A stretch of DNA of 64,000 nt from Macrostomum lignano (lineage: Eukaryota), in the NCBI GenBank assembly GCA_002269645.1, contig NIVC01001186.1, positions 123,293 through 187,292 on the forward strand. The letters run 5' to 3'. Made by a program: the position numbers and the translations under genes. The stretch's first letter is position 1. Each line of letters begins with the position of its first letter. This document shows positions 48,826 to 60,670 of the stretch, one piece after another. The notes below the pieces were generated by a model. It searched no databases and was not told the DNA's origin. It saw only the letters and a list, made by a program, of their open reading frames with translations.

Positions 48826-50622
48826 GTGCTCCTTATCCTTCGACAGCAGTTCAACATTTGGCTTGATCGACGAAACAGCGAGCAGCAGTGCATCTTCGAG
48901 GTGGCCGTCAGTCAACTGCGCTCTAGTTTTGCTCTTGGTCAGCTTCATTCGGCTGAAGAGCTGTTCACATGCGTATGTAGAACCAAACATGGCAGCAATC
49001 TTCGTGGCGTGTAGGACGAGGCCTGGAAAGTCAGCAGGCTTGATGCCCTGGCTCCAAAATCCCATTGGGGAGGTGCAGCCGAACTTTGCTTTGAGCTCGT
49101 CAGAACAATGAAGCTCAATGAGCTCCATCTGCAGATTGGCAGGCACTTCATCAGCATCCAGGTCGAAAGGGCTGCTGAATAGCTTCAGCTCCATTGAATT
49201 CGCTCGCAACTCCGAGAAGCGGTTGGCGAACTCGTCCCTCAGGTCCGAAAGGGCGTCAGCGTACTTCTGGGCAGCTGAATTAGTCAGCTCGAAAGTTGCA
49301 AGGTTGGGAAAGTGTGTGAGCTCTCGATTCTTTATCTGTGCTTCCCACAGCCTGAGCTTGGTCTCGAATGCCTTGATCTTGTTTATCATGTCTGGCACAA
49401 GGACGCCACGGCCTTGCAGCTGGGTGTTCAGGGTGTTGAGGTGCCCAGTCAGGTCAACAAGGAAGGCGAGGTCTTGCACCCACGCTGGGTCAGTGAACTC
49501 CTGGACAGCAGCTCCCTTTGAATCCAAGAAGTCGGCTAGCTCCTCCCTCAGATCGAAGACTCTTTGCAGCATCTTCCCGCGGCTGAGCCAGCGCACCTCA
49601 CAGTAATAGAGAAGGTCCCCATACTGTGCTTTGGCCTCTGACAGCAAGTCCCGGAACTGGCGGTGATTCAGGGCCCGAGCTAGCACAAAATTCACCGCCT
49701 TCACCACGACGCCCATAACGGACGTTATGGTGGTCGACTTTGCACAGAGGACTTCTTGGTGTACGATGCAGTGGATGCGCATGATGTCCTGCATATGTCC
49801 CTGGTCCCGGCAGTGCTTTACCAGGAGGGAAGCAAAGCCCTTGGTTGGCCCAACCATGGCAGGTGCACCGTCAGTGGTAATGGCACACAGGCGTGATAGA
49901 TCCAGCTCGAATTCCTGCACCAACTTTAGCACGCACTGCAGGATGTCGGCACCAGTGGTGGTTCCTTGCATTGGCATCAGCCGGACGAATTCTTCCACTA
50001 CGTCAAAGGTGTCCGTGACGCCACGAAAGAAGATGGCGAGCTGAGCTGTGTCCTTGACGTCGGTAGACTCGTCGAGGGCAATGGAGAAGAAACGTGCACT
50101 GTGGCAGCGCTGCTTAAGCGTTGAACGAATGTCGATTGCCATCTCTTCAATGCGGCGAGTGATGGTGGAAGCAGAGAGGCTGATGTTGGTGAAGAGATCC
50201 TTTTTTTCTGGGCAGACTTCCTCTACAGTGGCCATCATGCACTCCTTTACAAATGCCCCGTCGGTGAAGGGCTTTAGCTGGGTCGCTACCAGGTGGGCAA
50301 CTCGGTAGCTGGCGCGCGTGTTGCGGATTGCGGCAGATTGAGCCAGATTCACAGGCTTTTTAAAGAGGGCATTCTGCCGGTCCAAGTTGGCTGCCAAGCG
50401 AGTGAACTCAGTCTTGCGCTTGTCCTCCGGCATGTCCACAAACTTGGCATGGTTCGTGGTGAAGTGCCGCTTCACATTGAACTCCTTGCATACGGCGATC
50501 GTCTCCTGGCAGATGACACACAGCGGCTTCCCCTTGCGCTCCACGAAAAAGAACTGACACCAGTCGGCATTAAAGGAGCGCTTCTCCTCCGCGATCTTCC
50601 TCTTTTTTGCAGCGTGTGCCAT
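48745..50622 (-). CDS. hAT transposase (GTF2IRD2/EPM2AIP1-like), open frame, altered C-terminus
   Basis: BED-like CVIC...RH; LDESTD, TTDGAPAM, HCIVH, VRWLS and STYACEQLFS catalytic motifs intact. Confidence 0.93.
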   Translation of the reverse strand: MAHAAKKRKIAEEKRSFNADWCQFFFVERKGKPLCVICQETIAVCKEFNVKRHFTTNHAKFVDMPEDKRKTEFTRLAANLDRQNALFKKPVNLAQSAAIRNTRASYRVAHLVATQLKPFTDGAFVKECMMATVEEVCPEKKDLFTNISLSASTITRRIEEMAIDIRSTLKQRCHSARFFSIALDESTDVKDTAQLAIFFRGVTDTFDVVEEFVRLMPMQGTTTGADILQCVLKLVQEFELDLSRLCAITTDGAPAMVGPTKGFASLLVKHCRDQGHMQDIMRIHCIVHQEVLCAKSTTITSVMGVVVKAVNFVLARALNHRQFRDLLSEAKAQYGDLLYYCEVRWLSRGKMLQRVFDLREELADFLDSKGAAVQEFTDPAWVQDLAFLVDLTGHLNTLNTQLQGRGVLVPDMINKIKAFETKLRLWEAQIKNRELTHFPNLATFELTNSAAQKYADALSDLRDEFANRFSELRANSMELKLFSSPFDLDADEVPANLQMELIELHCSDELKAKFGCTSPMGFWSQGIKPADFPGLVLHATKIAAMFGSTYACEQLFSRMKLTKSKTRAQLTDGHLEDALLLAVSSIKPNVELLSKDKEHHAWAQPWDSLGRFYWQHTHVSRYWTE

Positions 50623-52179
50623 CTGGAACTATAGAGTTACTGAGTTATAGAGTTACTCCTTGCTACTGGTCCACCATTTTAAGGAACTCTACTGGCATTT
50701 AAGGGCCAATAAACAATGTACACCCATGAAAAAGGGTGTAGAAGAAAAATCGATAAGTTTCTATTGGTTACAAGAACTATGGGCTGGACTAGAGACGAAA
50801 TGCCACCCCCAGCGAGGCTTTGGGCCGCAGACCCGTCAGGCCGTTTCATTGTACAGTGAGAAAGAAGCAGCCAATAAACTGCTAGCGAGAATATACTAGT
50901 GCGGGGGGAGGGAAAGTGGGGGGTTGTGTTGTGCGTCACTCCCCTTCCCCCACGCATGCGTAGCCAGATATGGAGAGAGAGGTTTGAAGCGGTGAGGGGT
51001 TGAATCAGCGGAGGTTGAATCAGCGCACTGTGGGGGAGAGAAAATATCGACTGAACTAAACTAGCTTTCATGAGAGAGAGAGAGGCAGTAGAGCCCTTAC
51101 CCCCAACCCCCACCTCCTTTGCCTTGAACCTTATTGATATTAGCTAGCATTCCTTCCTACTTTTCACTTCAACTCTTGACTGCATGTACATTTGTGCGCT
51201 AGGAGTGGCTAAAATAGCAATCCAAATGAATTGAAGCGTCGCTTCTAGCGGTTGGGGGGGTAAGAGATTTCTGGGCATATTTTCAATACAGCTAGGAAAA
51301 CTTTAACATTTTCGGGGGCCGCAGTGAAATCCAGTGATAGACTCGGCGGGCCGCATGTAATGCAAACTACTGGAAGGTGCCGCGGGCCGCACAAAAAGGG
51401 CTCGCGGGCCGCATGCGGCCCGCGGGCCGCAGGTTGGGGACCCATGGACTAGGCCTAAGTGAGTGAGGTGACAGTTTTTCTCATTGTTTGCTAAGCTGTG
51501 TATAAGCAGACAAAAAGTTTTCTCTTTCTAAAACTCTTCATCTACTAGGAAATAAAGATAGGAATGCAGAGTAAGGTTGGAGCTACCTAACAATCTCTTT
51601 GTTGATATTGTTAAAACTTGCAAGGGTTGGTCTCTTCAAATATGACAATCTATACTAGCTTATATATACATGCCATTATAAAGAAAAGGGTTTAAAAAGG
51701 GAGAAACATGCAACAATAATAGATTTGAAATAATAGGGAGCCTATAGAGACTATTGTCTATTATATAAATTTAATCCCTAATTAATTAGGGTAGAGTCCC
51801 CAATTATTATCTTGCTTGTTCTCTCTTATCCTAGACCTATTTTTGTCACTTGCCAAATCTAGCTTCCTAGTGTTATTCCTAGCAGTATTATATTTTATTT
51901 GTATATATGATTTATTTAGGTTCCATTTTATGAGTTTAAGTTTATATATAGATAGATAGATAAAAAGATGCTAAAGAGTCAGAGAGACTCTTAGTGTTTA
52001 TACACTCACGAAAAAACTCAGAAGTAGGAAGTGGCCTTTTAAGTAAGGTAAGATAGATAGCCTTTTAAGTAGGCTGAGGTAGATGGCCTGAAGGTCACTC
52101 ATTAGTAAAGGTCTTTAGAAATGTCTAAATATATGTATGTCTAGGTCTAGGACAATATGGGTTGCATGGTAGATTGAGC

Positions 52180-52790
52180 ATGATGATAACAAGGGGGTTC
52201 ATTTCACTGCATCCATAGCTATGTAACACATGGCTGAGAAATTGCGCTGTTGCACTAGTAGAATTGTAGCTAGATGTCTAGTTCTTGCCAAAAAATGTCT
52301 ACCATCTGCTTTGCCATGCTGCACTCTTGCCAAAGCCTCCATTGAATCTGTTGAGCATGGTGCACCACCAGGTCACCCAAGCCTTCTTCTGTTCCATAGT
52401 CAGCTCATAAGGCATCTAGCATGTAGAAATCTTGCTTAGGTTGAGTTGTGAATGCAGAATTATCCTGATAGATCCCAATGAGATGCCCACCTCTGCCTCT
52501 ATCTAAGCCGCAGTGACTCAGGCATCATCCTCAACCATGGCCCAAATAGCAGTGTCAACCTTCTCCTTTGTTGTTGCAGAGACAGGCTAGTTGCTGCACT
52601 CCTCATCATCTAGCCTCTGCCTGCCATGTCAAAATTTGGCAAACAATTAAAAAATGGAGGATCTAGATGGTGCTTCATCCCCAAAAGCTCTTCAGAATCA
52701 TTCAAAACTTTCTTGCTATCGCAAATCACTTTTAAAATATAATAAATCATGGCTCTAAAATGACTTCTATTGAGCTCCATTTTGAATTTG
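52180..52790 (-). pseudogene. Decayed mariner transposase
   Basis: HFRAMIYY...FGDEAPSR..F..F..GR; stop codons at former CGA codons. Confidence 0.8.
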
Positions 52791-53269
52791 AAAGAAAAAG
52801 TAGGTATGCTAGCTTGGTTTGCATGCTGCATTGGCTATATATAACCAGTATGTCTAAAATGTTATAGACATTGTACTTGTATAATGTACTTGATGCATAT
52901 GATGTCTGATTTTGTCAGCCGCCTCTCAACTATGCATATCCAGAAACTTATTGCTTATCCCTTGTATGTGAGATTTTAATGCTCCCCTCATGGTTGACAG
53001 CAACCTGGTCAAGAACAGATCTAGATGTTTGAATGCCAACTCTCCTTTGTTGATAGACTTCAGAAAAGCTGATCCTTCTTAATAGCTACTTTGGCATGCT
53101 TGGGTGTAACCTTTGGATTCACTTGGCCATTTCTATTGGCAACACACATGTATGTTGCTATTGGACCGAATAGTAGTCACAATTGGAATGTGAGGTATCA
53201 CTCTGGATTTTATGTTCCCTAAGCTCCTCAATTTGATCTTGAGTAACAGACTGCTGCCAGTCATCTATC

Positions 53270-53640
53270 TGCTTCTGCTAGATGCTCAGAGTGGTTTCAG
53301 CCTAGGAAGATCTACTGTCGAATAGATTGCTACTGTCCATAGCATCACTGAGACTGTCCACAGCATTACTGAGTCCTATGTGATATGGCAAAATTTGATG
53401 ACCTTTGTTTTTGTTGACTTCCACAAAGCCTTTGACTCAATTGTTCACTTTGCTATTGGGTGGCTCCTCTCCTACTAATGTTCCACCAATTCTGGTGGTG
53501 GCCATCATTGACCTCTATTCTGACATCCACACTTTTGTCAAAATGAAGAAAGATATAATCAAGGCTTTCATTACCAGTTTTGGCATCTTGCATCCCCACA
53601 TTTTCTGGGGAAAAACTTACAAATGTTTTCTGTCAAACTG
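53270..53640 (+). pseudogene. Non-LTR retrotransposon (RTE-like) reverse transcriptase remnant
   Basis: GFSLGRSTVE and VFVDFHKAFDSI motifs. Confidence 0.75.
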
Positions 53641-54269
53641 TTGAATTACAGGGTGATAGGCAAAATGGATTACTCACAGTGCACAGTGTTATCTTTTTTG
53701 GGATACCCATTACATATACATACATTGAAAATTTATACATGTATGTGTATATATATGTGTGTATGTGTATGTATATGTATATATATTACATAATTGGTAT
53801 ATATATACGCATATATATTTTCTAAACAATATACATATTAGGTAAATATGTGTATGTGTATATAAGCTATATAAAGCTATGTAAAAATATATTAAAAAAA
53901 TTAAATATTTTGAAAATTTATATAAATGGACAAAGCAAATGAGCAAAGTGTAAAATAAGCCAAAAATTGAAGTATATAATATATACTAACCTATAATAAA
54001 ATGCAATATTCATCATAATTTAACTAGCAAAAAATTCAACATTATACTTGATTATAACAGGCTTCTCTTATAATCTAGATTGTATTTGCTTAAGATTTTT
54101 ATTGCTTCATAATTTTTAAATAGGATTGTACAAAGTCATTAACTATTGTATTCAGTTTTTTAAATGAGTGATAGGGACCATCTTAGTTTGTGCCTCTGTA
54201 GTTGATAGCCTAGTCCTTTTATAGCTAGTGCTCCACTCCCTTTGTAGCTAGTCCCTAGTGACCTAGCCT

Positions 54270-54970
54270 TTGTAGCTAATGCCCCAGCCTCTATATCTAG
54301 TGGTGCCCCACCCCCTCTGTAGCCAGTGCCCCACCTCCTCTGTAGCTGGTGCCCTATCCCATCTATCCCCTCTGTAGCTGGTGCCCCATCCCCCCTATCC
54401 CCTCTGTAGCTAGTGCCCCATCCCCTTATCCCTTCTGTAGCTGGTGCCTCATTCCCTCTATCCCCTCTGTAGCTGGTGCCCCATCCCCTCTATCCCCTCT
54501 GTAGCTGGTGCCCCATCCCCTCTATCCCCTCTGTAGCTGGTGCCTCATTACCTCTATCCCCTCTATAGCTGGTGCCCCATCCCATCTATCCCCTCTGTAG
54601 CTGGTGCCCCATCCCCTCTATACCCTCTGTAGCTGGTGCCCCATCCCCTCTATCCCCTCTGTAGCTGGTGCCCCATTCCCTCTATCCCTTCTGTAGCTGG
54701 TGCCCCATCCCCTCTATCCCTTCTGTAGCTGGTGCCTCATTCCCTCTATCCCCTCTGTAGCTGGTGCCCCAGCCCCCATTCCCTCTGTAGCTGGTGCCTC
54801 ATTACCTCTATCCCCTCTATAGCTGGTGCCCCATCCCCTCTATCCCCTCTGTAGCTGGTGCCCCATCCTGTCTATCCCCTCTGTAGCTGGTGCCTCATCC
54901 CCTCTATCCCCTCTGTAGCTGGTGCCCCATCCCCTCTATCCCCTCTGTAGCTGGTGCCCTATCTCTTTTA
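54270..54970. repeat. 32-bp minisatellite (GTAGCTGGTGCCCCATCCCCTCTATCCCCTCT)
   Basis: Direct reading. Confidence 0.95.
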
Positions 54971-55060
54971 GCTAAATTAATAACGTACATTAAATAAAGA
55001 ATAAATAAAATGTGATGAAATTTCTGACTGCTACAGTAAACCCAATAGCCAATCAATACA

Positions 55061-55565
55061 ATGGAGAAGCCGCAAATCATTGCTCACGTGCAGAAGTCGC
55101 TTAATTACACGCTGTACGACTGCAAGTGGTTGCCAGGTACAGCCAGATTCGCTGTGGTTGGCTCGCATCCCCGAGGCACTGGCGCGCTGCAGATGTACGA
55201 AATTGCCCAAGGCGATGTGACCATTAAATTGGACACCGAAAAGGCCAAATCTTTTAAATGTTGCACCTTTGGCGCCTCGCTACCCGGTCGGAGTCACCTG
55301 GCAACTGGGGATTTCAATGGCCAGTTACACGTATGGGATGTTGACAAGCCGGAAGTGCCAGCTTATTCGGTCAAGGCGCATCAAGAAATTGTCAACACGA
55401 TTGATGCAGTTGGTGGCACCGTAGGCGAGGGCGCGCCAGAAATCGCCACAGGATCTCGGGATGGCTCTGTCCGAGTGTGGGATCCCAGGCAGCCCAATGA
55501 CCCCGTGGCCTGCATGGAGTCGGATGATAAGGCTACGGCTAGGTGAGAGAAATCCTGTTTGCTAG

Positions 55566-55622
<57 letters not shown>

Positions 55623-55643
55623 GTCTATCTATCCATCTATCTG

Positions 55644-55690
<47 letters not shown>

Positions 55691-55747
55691 GTCTATCTAT
55701 CTATCTATCTATCCATCTATCTGTCTATCTATCTGTCTATCTATCTG

Positions 55748-55778
<31 letters not shown>

Positions 55779-55862
55779 GTCTATCTATCTATCTATCTAT
55801 CTGTCTGTCTGTCTATCTATCTACCTATCTATCTATCTGTCTATATATCTATCTATCTTTCC

Positions 55863-55898
<36 letters not shown>

Positions 55899-55914
55899 GT
55901 CTGTCTATCTATCC

Positions 55915-55966
<52 letters not shown>

Positions 55967-55967
55967 G

Positions 55968-55998
<31 letters not shown>

Positions 55999-56748
55999 GT
56001 CTATCTATCTATCTATCTATCTGTCTATCTATCCATCTATCTATCTATCCATCTATCTATCTATCTATCTGTCTATCTGTCTATCTATCTATCTATCTTT
56101 CTATCTACTCATCTACTAATACTAATACTAATATCTAACCAGTCGCCGCCAACCCTAACTGCCCGCAGAGACTGCTGGGCTGTCGCATTCGGGGACGCGT
56201 TCAACTCAACAGAGCGCTGCCTGGTCTCCGGCTACGACAATGGCGACTTGAAACTATTCGACCTGCGAGCCATGGCCCTGCGCTGGGAGACCAACTTAAA
56301 GAATGGCATCTGTGGACTAGAGTTCGATAGACGCGACATACCGGCTAATAAACTGGTGGCGTCCACTTTGGAAGGCAAATTTCACGTGTTCGACATGAGA
56401 ACTCAGCATCCTAATAAGGGATTTGCCAGCCTCACCGAACGAGCTCATAAATCCACTGTTTGGTGCGCCAGGCACCTGCCGCAGAATCGCGACGTATTTA
56501 TGACCTGCGGCGGTTCCGGCGGCCTCTGTCTATGGCAATACAGCTATCCCACTGCTCGCGTTGCTAAGGACTCAGATGGGCTTGACTACGGCGTAGCCGG
56601 CACAGTGGCACTGCTGCAGAATGTCACTCTGAGCACACAGCCTGTGGCTTCGTTCGATTGGAGTCCGGATAAGCTCGGCCTTGGTATTTGCGCTTCATTT
56701 GACCAGTGCCTTCGAGTGCTTATTGTTACTAAGCTGAATAGGCTGTGA
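55061..56748 (+). CDS. WDR92: WD repeat protein 92 / dynein axonemal assembly factor 10; exons 55061-55542 and 56169-56748 (353 aa)
   Basis: MEKPQII.H...NYTLYDCKW; ATGSRDG.V.VWDPRQ; after splicing ...[12 protein letters not shown]; ends [10 protein letters not shown]. Confidence 0.95.
55565..56110. repeat. (ATCT)n / GATA microsatellite filling the WDR92 intron
   Basis: Direct reading. Confidence 0.98.
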
Positions 56749-56939
56749 ATTTCCTTACTGACTTGTGTTATCTACAATGCATATACGCTTCTAGGCAACT
56801 CTTTAGCCGATCCCCCAAAAAAGACCTTGAAACGTCATTAATAGGTATTTGCTGCACTAAAATGTTCCCGAGAATTTCGCAGCCTAACTTGAAGTATCTC
56901 ACTTGAACGGCCCCTATGAATTTTTCTAACCTCAAATTT

Positions 56940-57375
56940 TCCCTAATCCGGCCCTAAGAAATTAGCCTAACAGCCTAATCCGAATCTAAGACTCCCCCCT
57001 AATCCGCCCTCTAAGAATCCTCCCTAATCCGCTCCTAAGACTCCTCCCTAATCCGCCCCTAAGAATCCTCTCTAATTCGCCCCTAAGAATCCTCTCTAAT
57101 CCGAACGTAAGACTCCTCCCTAATCCGCCCTCTTAGAATCCTTCCTAATCCGCCCCTAAGAATCGTCCCTAATCCGCCCCTAAGAATCGTCCCTAAATTG
57201 CCCCTAAGAATCGTCCCTAATCCGCCCATAAGAATCCTCCCTAATCCGCCCATAAGAATCCTCCCTAATTTGCCCCTAAGAATCGTCCCTAATCCGCCCC
57301 TAAGAATCGTCCCTAATCCGGCCCTAAAAATCCTCCCTAATCTGCCGTAAGAATCCTCTCTAATCTGCCCCTAAG
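56940..57375. repeat. ~24-bp minisatellite (TAAGAATC[C/G]TCCCTAATCCGCCCC)
   Basis: Direct reading. Confidence 0.9.
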
Positions 57376-57799
57376 AAACCATATTCTACTGTTTCAATTC
57401 AATTTATTAACTTAAAGCAACATTCCATTAGGAGTAATAAAGTAAAATATTCTACTGATTTGTTAGTAGTATGAAGAGTTAAATACAGTAATAAAATTTT
57501 CTCATTCCGTCCTACGAAAAGTTTCGCAGTGCTTTTTTGTTTACTGACTTTTGCACAATGAATTCCTTGCTTAATAAACGCGTGTTGCTGCAGCTCAGTG
57601 TCTTATGCAAAGGTACATTAGTTTCGACTGTTAGTATACCTGTCAGCTAATTATACTTGTCCATCATTCTGATTTTGTCCGCTAGACTTAATTTGATCGA
57701 TGTAAAACATGCGCGCAAATGTTTAATGCAGTTAAAATTTCTCTTTTGTGTGGTGTTAGTTATTTTTGTTTCGCGTACTTTTCTGGCTGTGTATCTATC

Positions 57800-58405
57800 T
57801 ACCAACTATTTGACTACTAGGTATCCATCTATCTACCAGATATCCATCTATCTACCAGATATCCATTTATGTATCAGATATCCATCGATCTATCTTCCAG
57901 ATATCCATCTATCTAATCTACCAGTTATCCATCTATCTAATCTACCAGATATCCATCTATCTAATCTACCAGATATCCATCTATCTAATCTACCAGATAT
58001 CCATCTATCTAATCTACCAGATATCCATCTATCTAATCTACCAGATATCCATCTATCTAATCTACCAGATATCCATCTATCTAATCTACCAGATATCCAT
58101 CTATCTAATCTACCAGATATACATCTATCTAATCTACCAGATATCTATCTATCTAATCTACCAGATATCTATCTATCTTATCTACCAGATATACATCTAT
58201 CTAATCTACCAGATATCCATCTATCTAATCTACCAGATATCCATCTATCTTATCTACCAGATATCCATCTATCTAATCTACCAGATATCCATCTATCTAA
58301 TCTACCAGATATCGATCTATCTAATCTACCAGATATCCATCTATCTAATCTACCAGATATCCATCTATCTAATCTACCAGATATCCATCTATCTAATCTA
58401 CCAGC
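57800..58405. repeat. 24-bp minisatellite (ATATCCATCTATCTAATCTACCAG)
   Basis: Direct reading. Confidence 0.95.
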
Positions 58406-58426
58406 TACCCATCGATCTAAAACGCA

Positions 58427-58936
58427 TTGCTGGCGGGTCTCAAAGCAGACTCAATACCAGAAGTAGCAGCAACAGCAACAACTCAGTCAACATTGCAGCA
58501 GAATCGCACTACTCACAATATTAGTACAGCTACTAATTGGCAGTCGCCAGCAGCGACAAAGCCTAGTCGACGCTCATTCGACGCTGAATTTGTAGACGAT
58601 CTCGACGCTCCGAACAGTGGAGCGGATTCGAGTGCGCACCGCAGCCGCCGACAGACTCTGTGCGTCAGCGAAATTCATCGACTGCTGCAACTGCCGCCTA
58701 TCGATGAGAATTCTCAGCTGGTGATGAGGTCCCGGTATCGATTCGATGATAGGGCGGCCGCCGCCGCGGCTGCCGCTGCTAAGGATTGCCCATTGCCCAG
58801 CCTCCCGGTGCCTCATCAGCGCAGGTTGAGTCTGCCCTCTCTGCCTATATTGGATAGTGTCAGCGAATTGCCCGAGACTGGAGCGGATGCATCTGGTGGT
58901 TCTTCTGTGCTCAATGCGACTACTCGTTCCAGCTAG
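58427..58936 (+). other. GC-rich low-complexity open frame, possibly a terminal exon of an unidentified gene
   Basis: CpG-rich, 169 codons, no recognisable domain, no ATG. Confidence 0.25.
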
Positions 58937-58964
58937 GGCTTTGTTCAGGAATTTAGCTTAAGAT

Positions 58965-59540
58965 TAGGCTAATGTCTATGGTCTGGCTAAGATCTAGGGT
59001 CTTACTAATGTGCTAATGTCTATGGCCTGTCTAAGATCTAGGGTCTGGCTAATGTCTATGGTCTGGCTAAGATCTAGGGTCTGGCTAATGTCTATGGTCT
59101 GGCTAAGATCTAGGGTCTGGCTAATGTCTATGGTCTGGCTAAGATCTAGGTTCTGGCTAATGTCTATGGTCTGGCGAATGTCTAGGGCCTGGCTAAGATC
59201 TAGGGTCTGGCTAATGTCTATGTTCTGGCTAAGATCTAGGTTCTGGCTAATGTCTAGGGTCTGGCTAAGATCTAGGTTCTGGCTAATGTCTAGGGCCTGG
59301 CTAAGATCTAGGTTCTGGCTAATGTCTAGGGCCTGGCTAAGATCTAGGTTCTGGCTAATGTCTAGGGTCTGGCTAAGATCTAGGTTCTGGCTAATGTCTA
59401 GGGCCTGGCTAAGATCTAGGTTCTGGCTAATGTCTAGGGCCTGGCTAAGATCTAGGTTCTGGCTAATGTCAAGGGCCTGGCTAAGATCTAGGGTCTGGCT
59501 AATGTCTACGGTCTGGCTAAGATCTAGGGTCTGGATAATG
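58965..59540. repeat. 18-bp dimeric minisatellite (GTCTGGCTAAGATCTAGG / GTCTGGCTAATGTCTA[T/G]G)
   Basis: Direct reading. Confidence 0.95.
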
Positions 59541-60284
59541 TACCCTTTGACTTTACTCTGGCAGAAGTTCACATCCAGGATGTGAATAATATATATTCTG
59601 TACTTCTTCTGTATCCCCTAAGTTTAAGCTTATGGAATAGTTTTTCATAGTTGTGCGTTTATTGAACTATCTTCCAAGAAGTTAATATTGCTTTAACTTA
59701 TTTAGCATGCTGTTGATCACATTAATGTTTGGAATTATTCTGTGAGTTTCATATTTTTGCCATTCATTTTTAACGTTTTAATAAAGTGACACCCATTCCA
59801 CTTTTTATTTTCGAACACTCAAATATATATATTTTTATGAAAGTCAATAACGATATTTTTGTTAATAAAATTATTATGCGTCAACTTGAAATAAACATTT
59901 TTCTAAGCATGTAGTTCGCAAGCTGCTTTTGTCGTGTATCGAGTTTTAATTTAGTTGTCTTTGCGTTTAAAAGTTTATTTTTAGATGAAGCATTCAATCT
60001 GTGTTTTCGGCCATAAATCATTGTATGAACATCATAGAGCTCTGTTTAAAACAATTTTAAAAACTCCGTAAAAACTTAGTTTAAAATACCTATTTATATA
60101 AAAATGTCTATGGTAAGATATGAGTAGTCAATACAATTGATCTTGCCAGCTAATTTTTATTGTAAAAAGTTAAAAGCCAATATTTTCTGTGTGCTATTAC
60201 GTTTTAATTTTTTTTGTCTAGCAGTTTATGTACAAAAATGTATAAAGATACTTTATTATATATTTATACCCCCAATGTTGGATA

Positions 60285-60670
60285 CATACACACGCCTGCT
60301 GAACCAACCCCTACCCCCAATGTACACGCCTGCTGAGCCAACCCCTACCCCCAATGTACACGCCTGCTGAGCCAACCCCTACTCCCAATGTACACGCCTG
60401 CTGAGCCAACCCCTACTCCCAATGTACACACGCCTGCTGAGCCAACCCCTACTCCAATGTACACACGCCTGCTGAACCAACCCCTACCCCCAATGTACAC
60501 ACGCCTGCTGAACCAACCCCTACCCCCAATGTACACACGCCTGCTGAGCCAACCCCTACCCCCAATGTACACACGCCCGCTGAGTCAACCCTTACTCCAA
60601 TGTACACACGCCTGCTGAGCCAACCCCTACCCCCAATGTACACACGCCCGCTGAGTCAACCCTTACCCAC
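60285..60670. repeat. 34-36-bp minisatellite (CCTGCTGA[A/G]CCAACCCCTACCCCCAATGTACACACG)
   Basis: Direct reading. Confidence 0.93.

Larger units (their letters stand above)
48496..51446 (-). mobile_element. hAT transposon (Charlie/SPIN/Buster-like), 2951 bp, 8-bp TSD GACTAGGC
   Basis: TIRs CAGGGGTCCCCAACCT / AGGTTGGGGACCCATG; TSD at 48488-48495 and 51447-51454; GC-rich subterminal GGGCCGC repeats. Confidence 0.95.

Noticed and set aside
48811-50634. Several plus-strand ORFs overlapping the hAT transposase
   Set aside because: Antisense shadows of a GC-rich coding region; likewise for ORFs opposite TRPV, otopetrin and p23
55543-56748. 401-aa protein with an SIYL-repeat N-terminus
   Set aside because: Intron read-through; splicing restores a normal-length WDR92
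57657-58466. 269-aa LPDIHLSN repeat protein
   Set aside because: TTG start, no domain, explained by the 24-bp array
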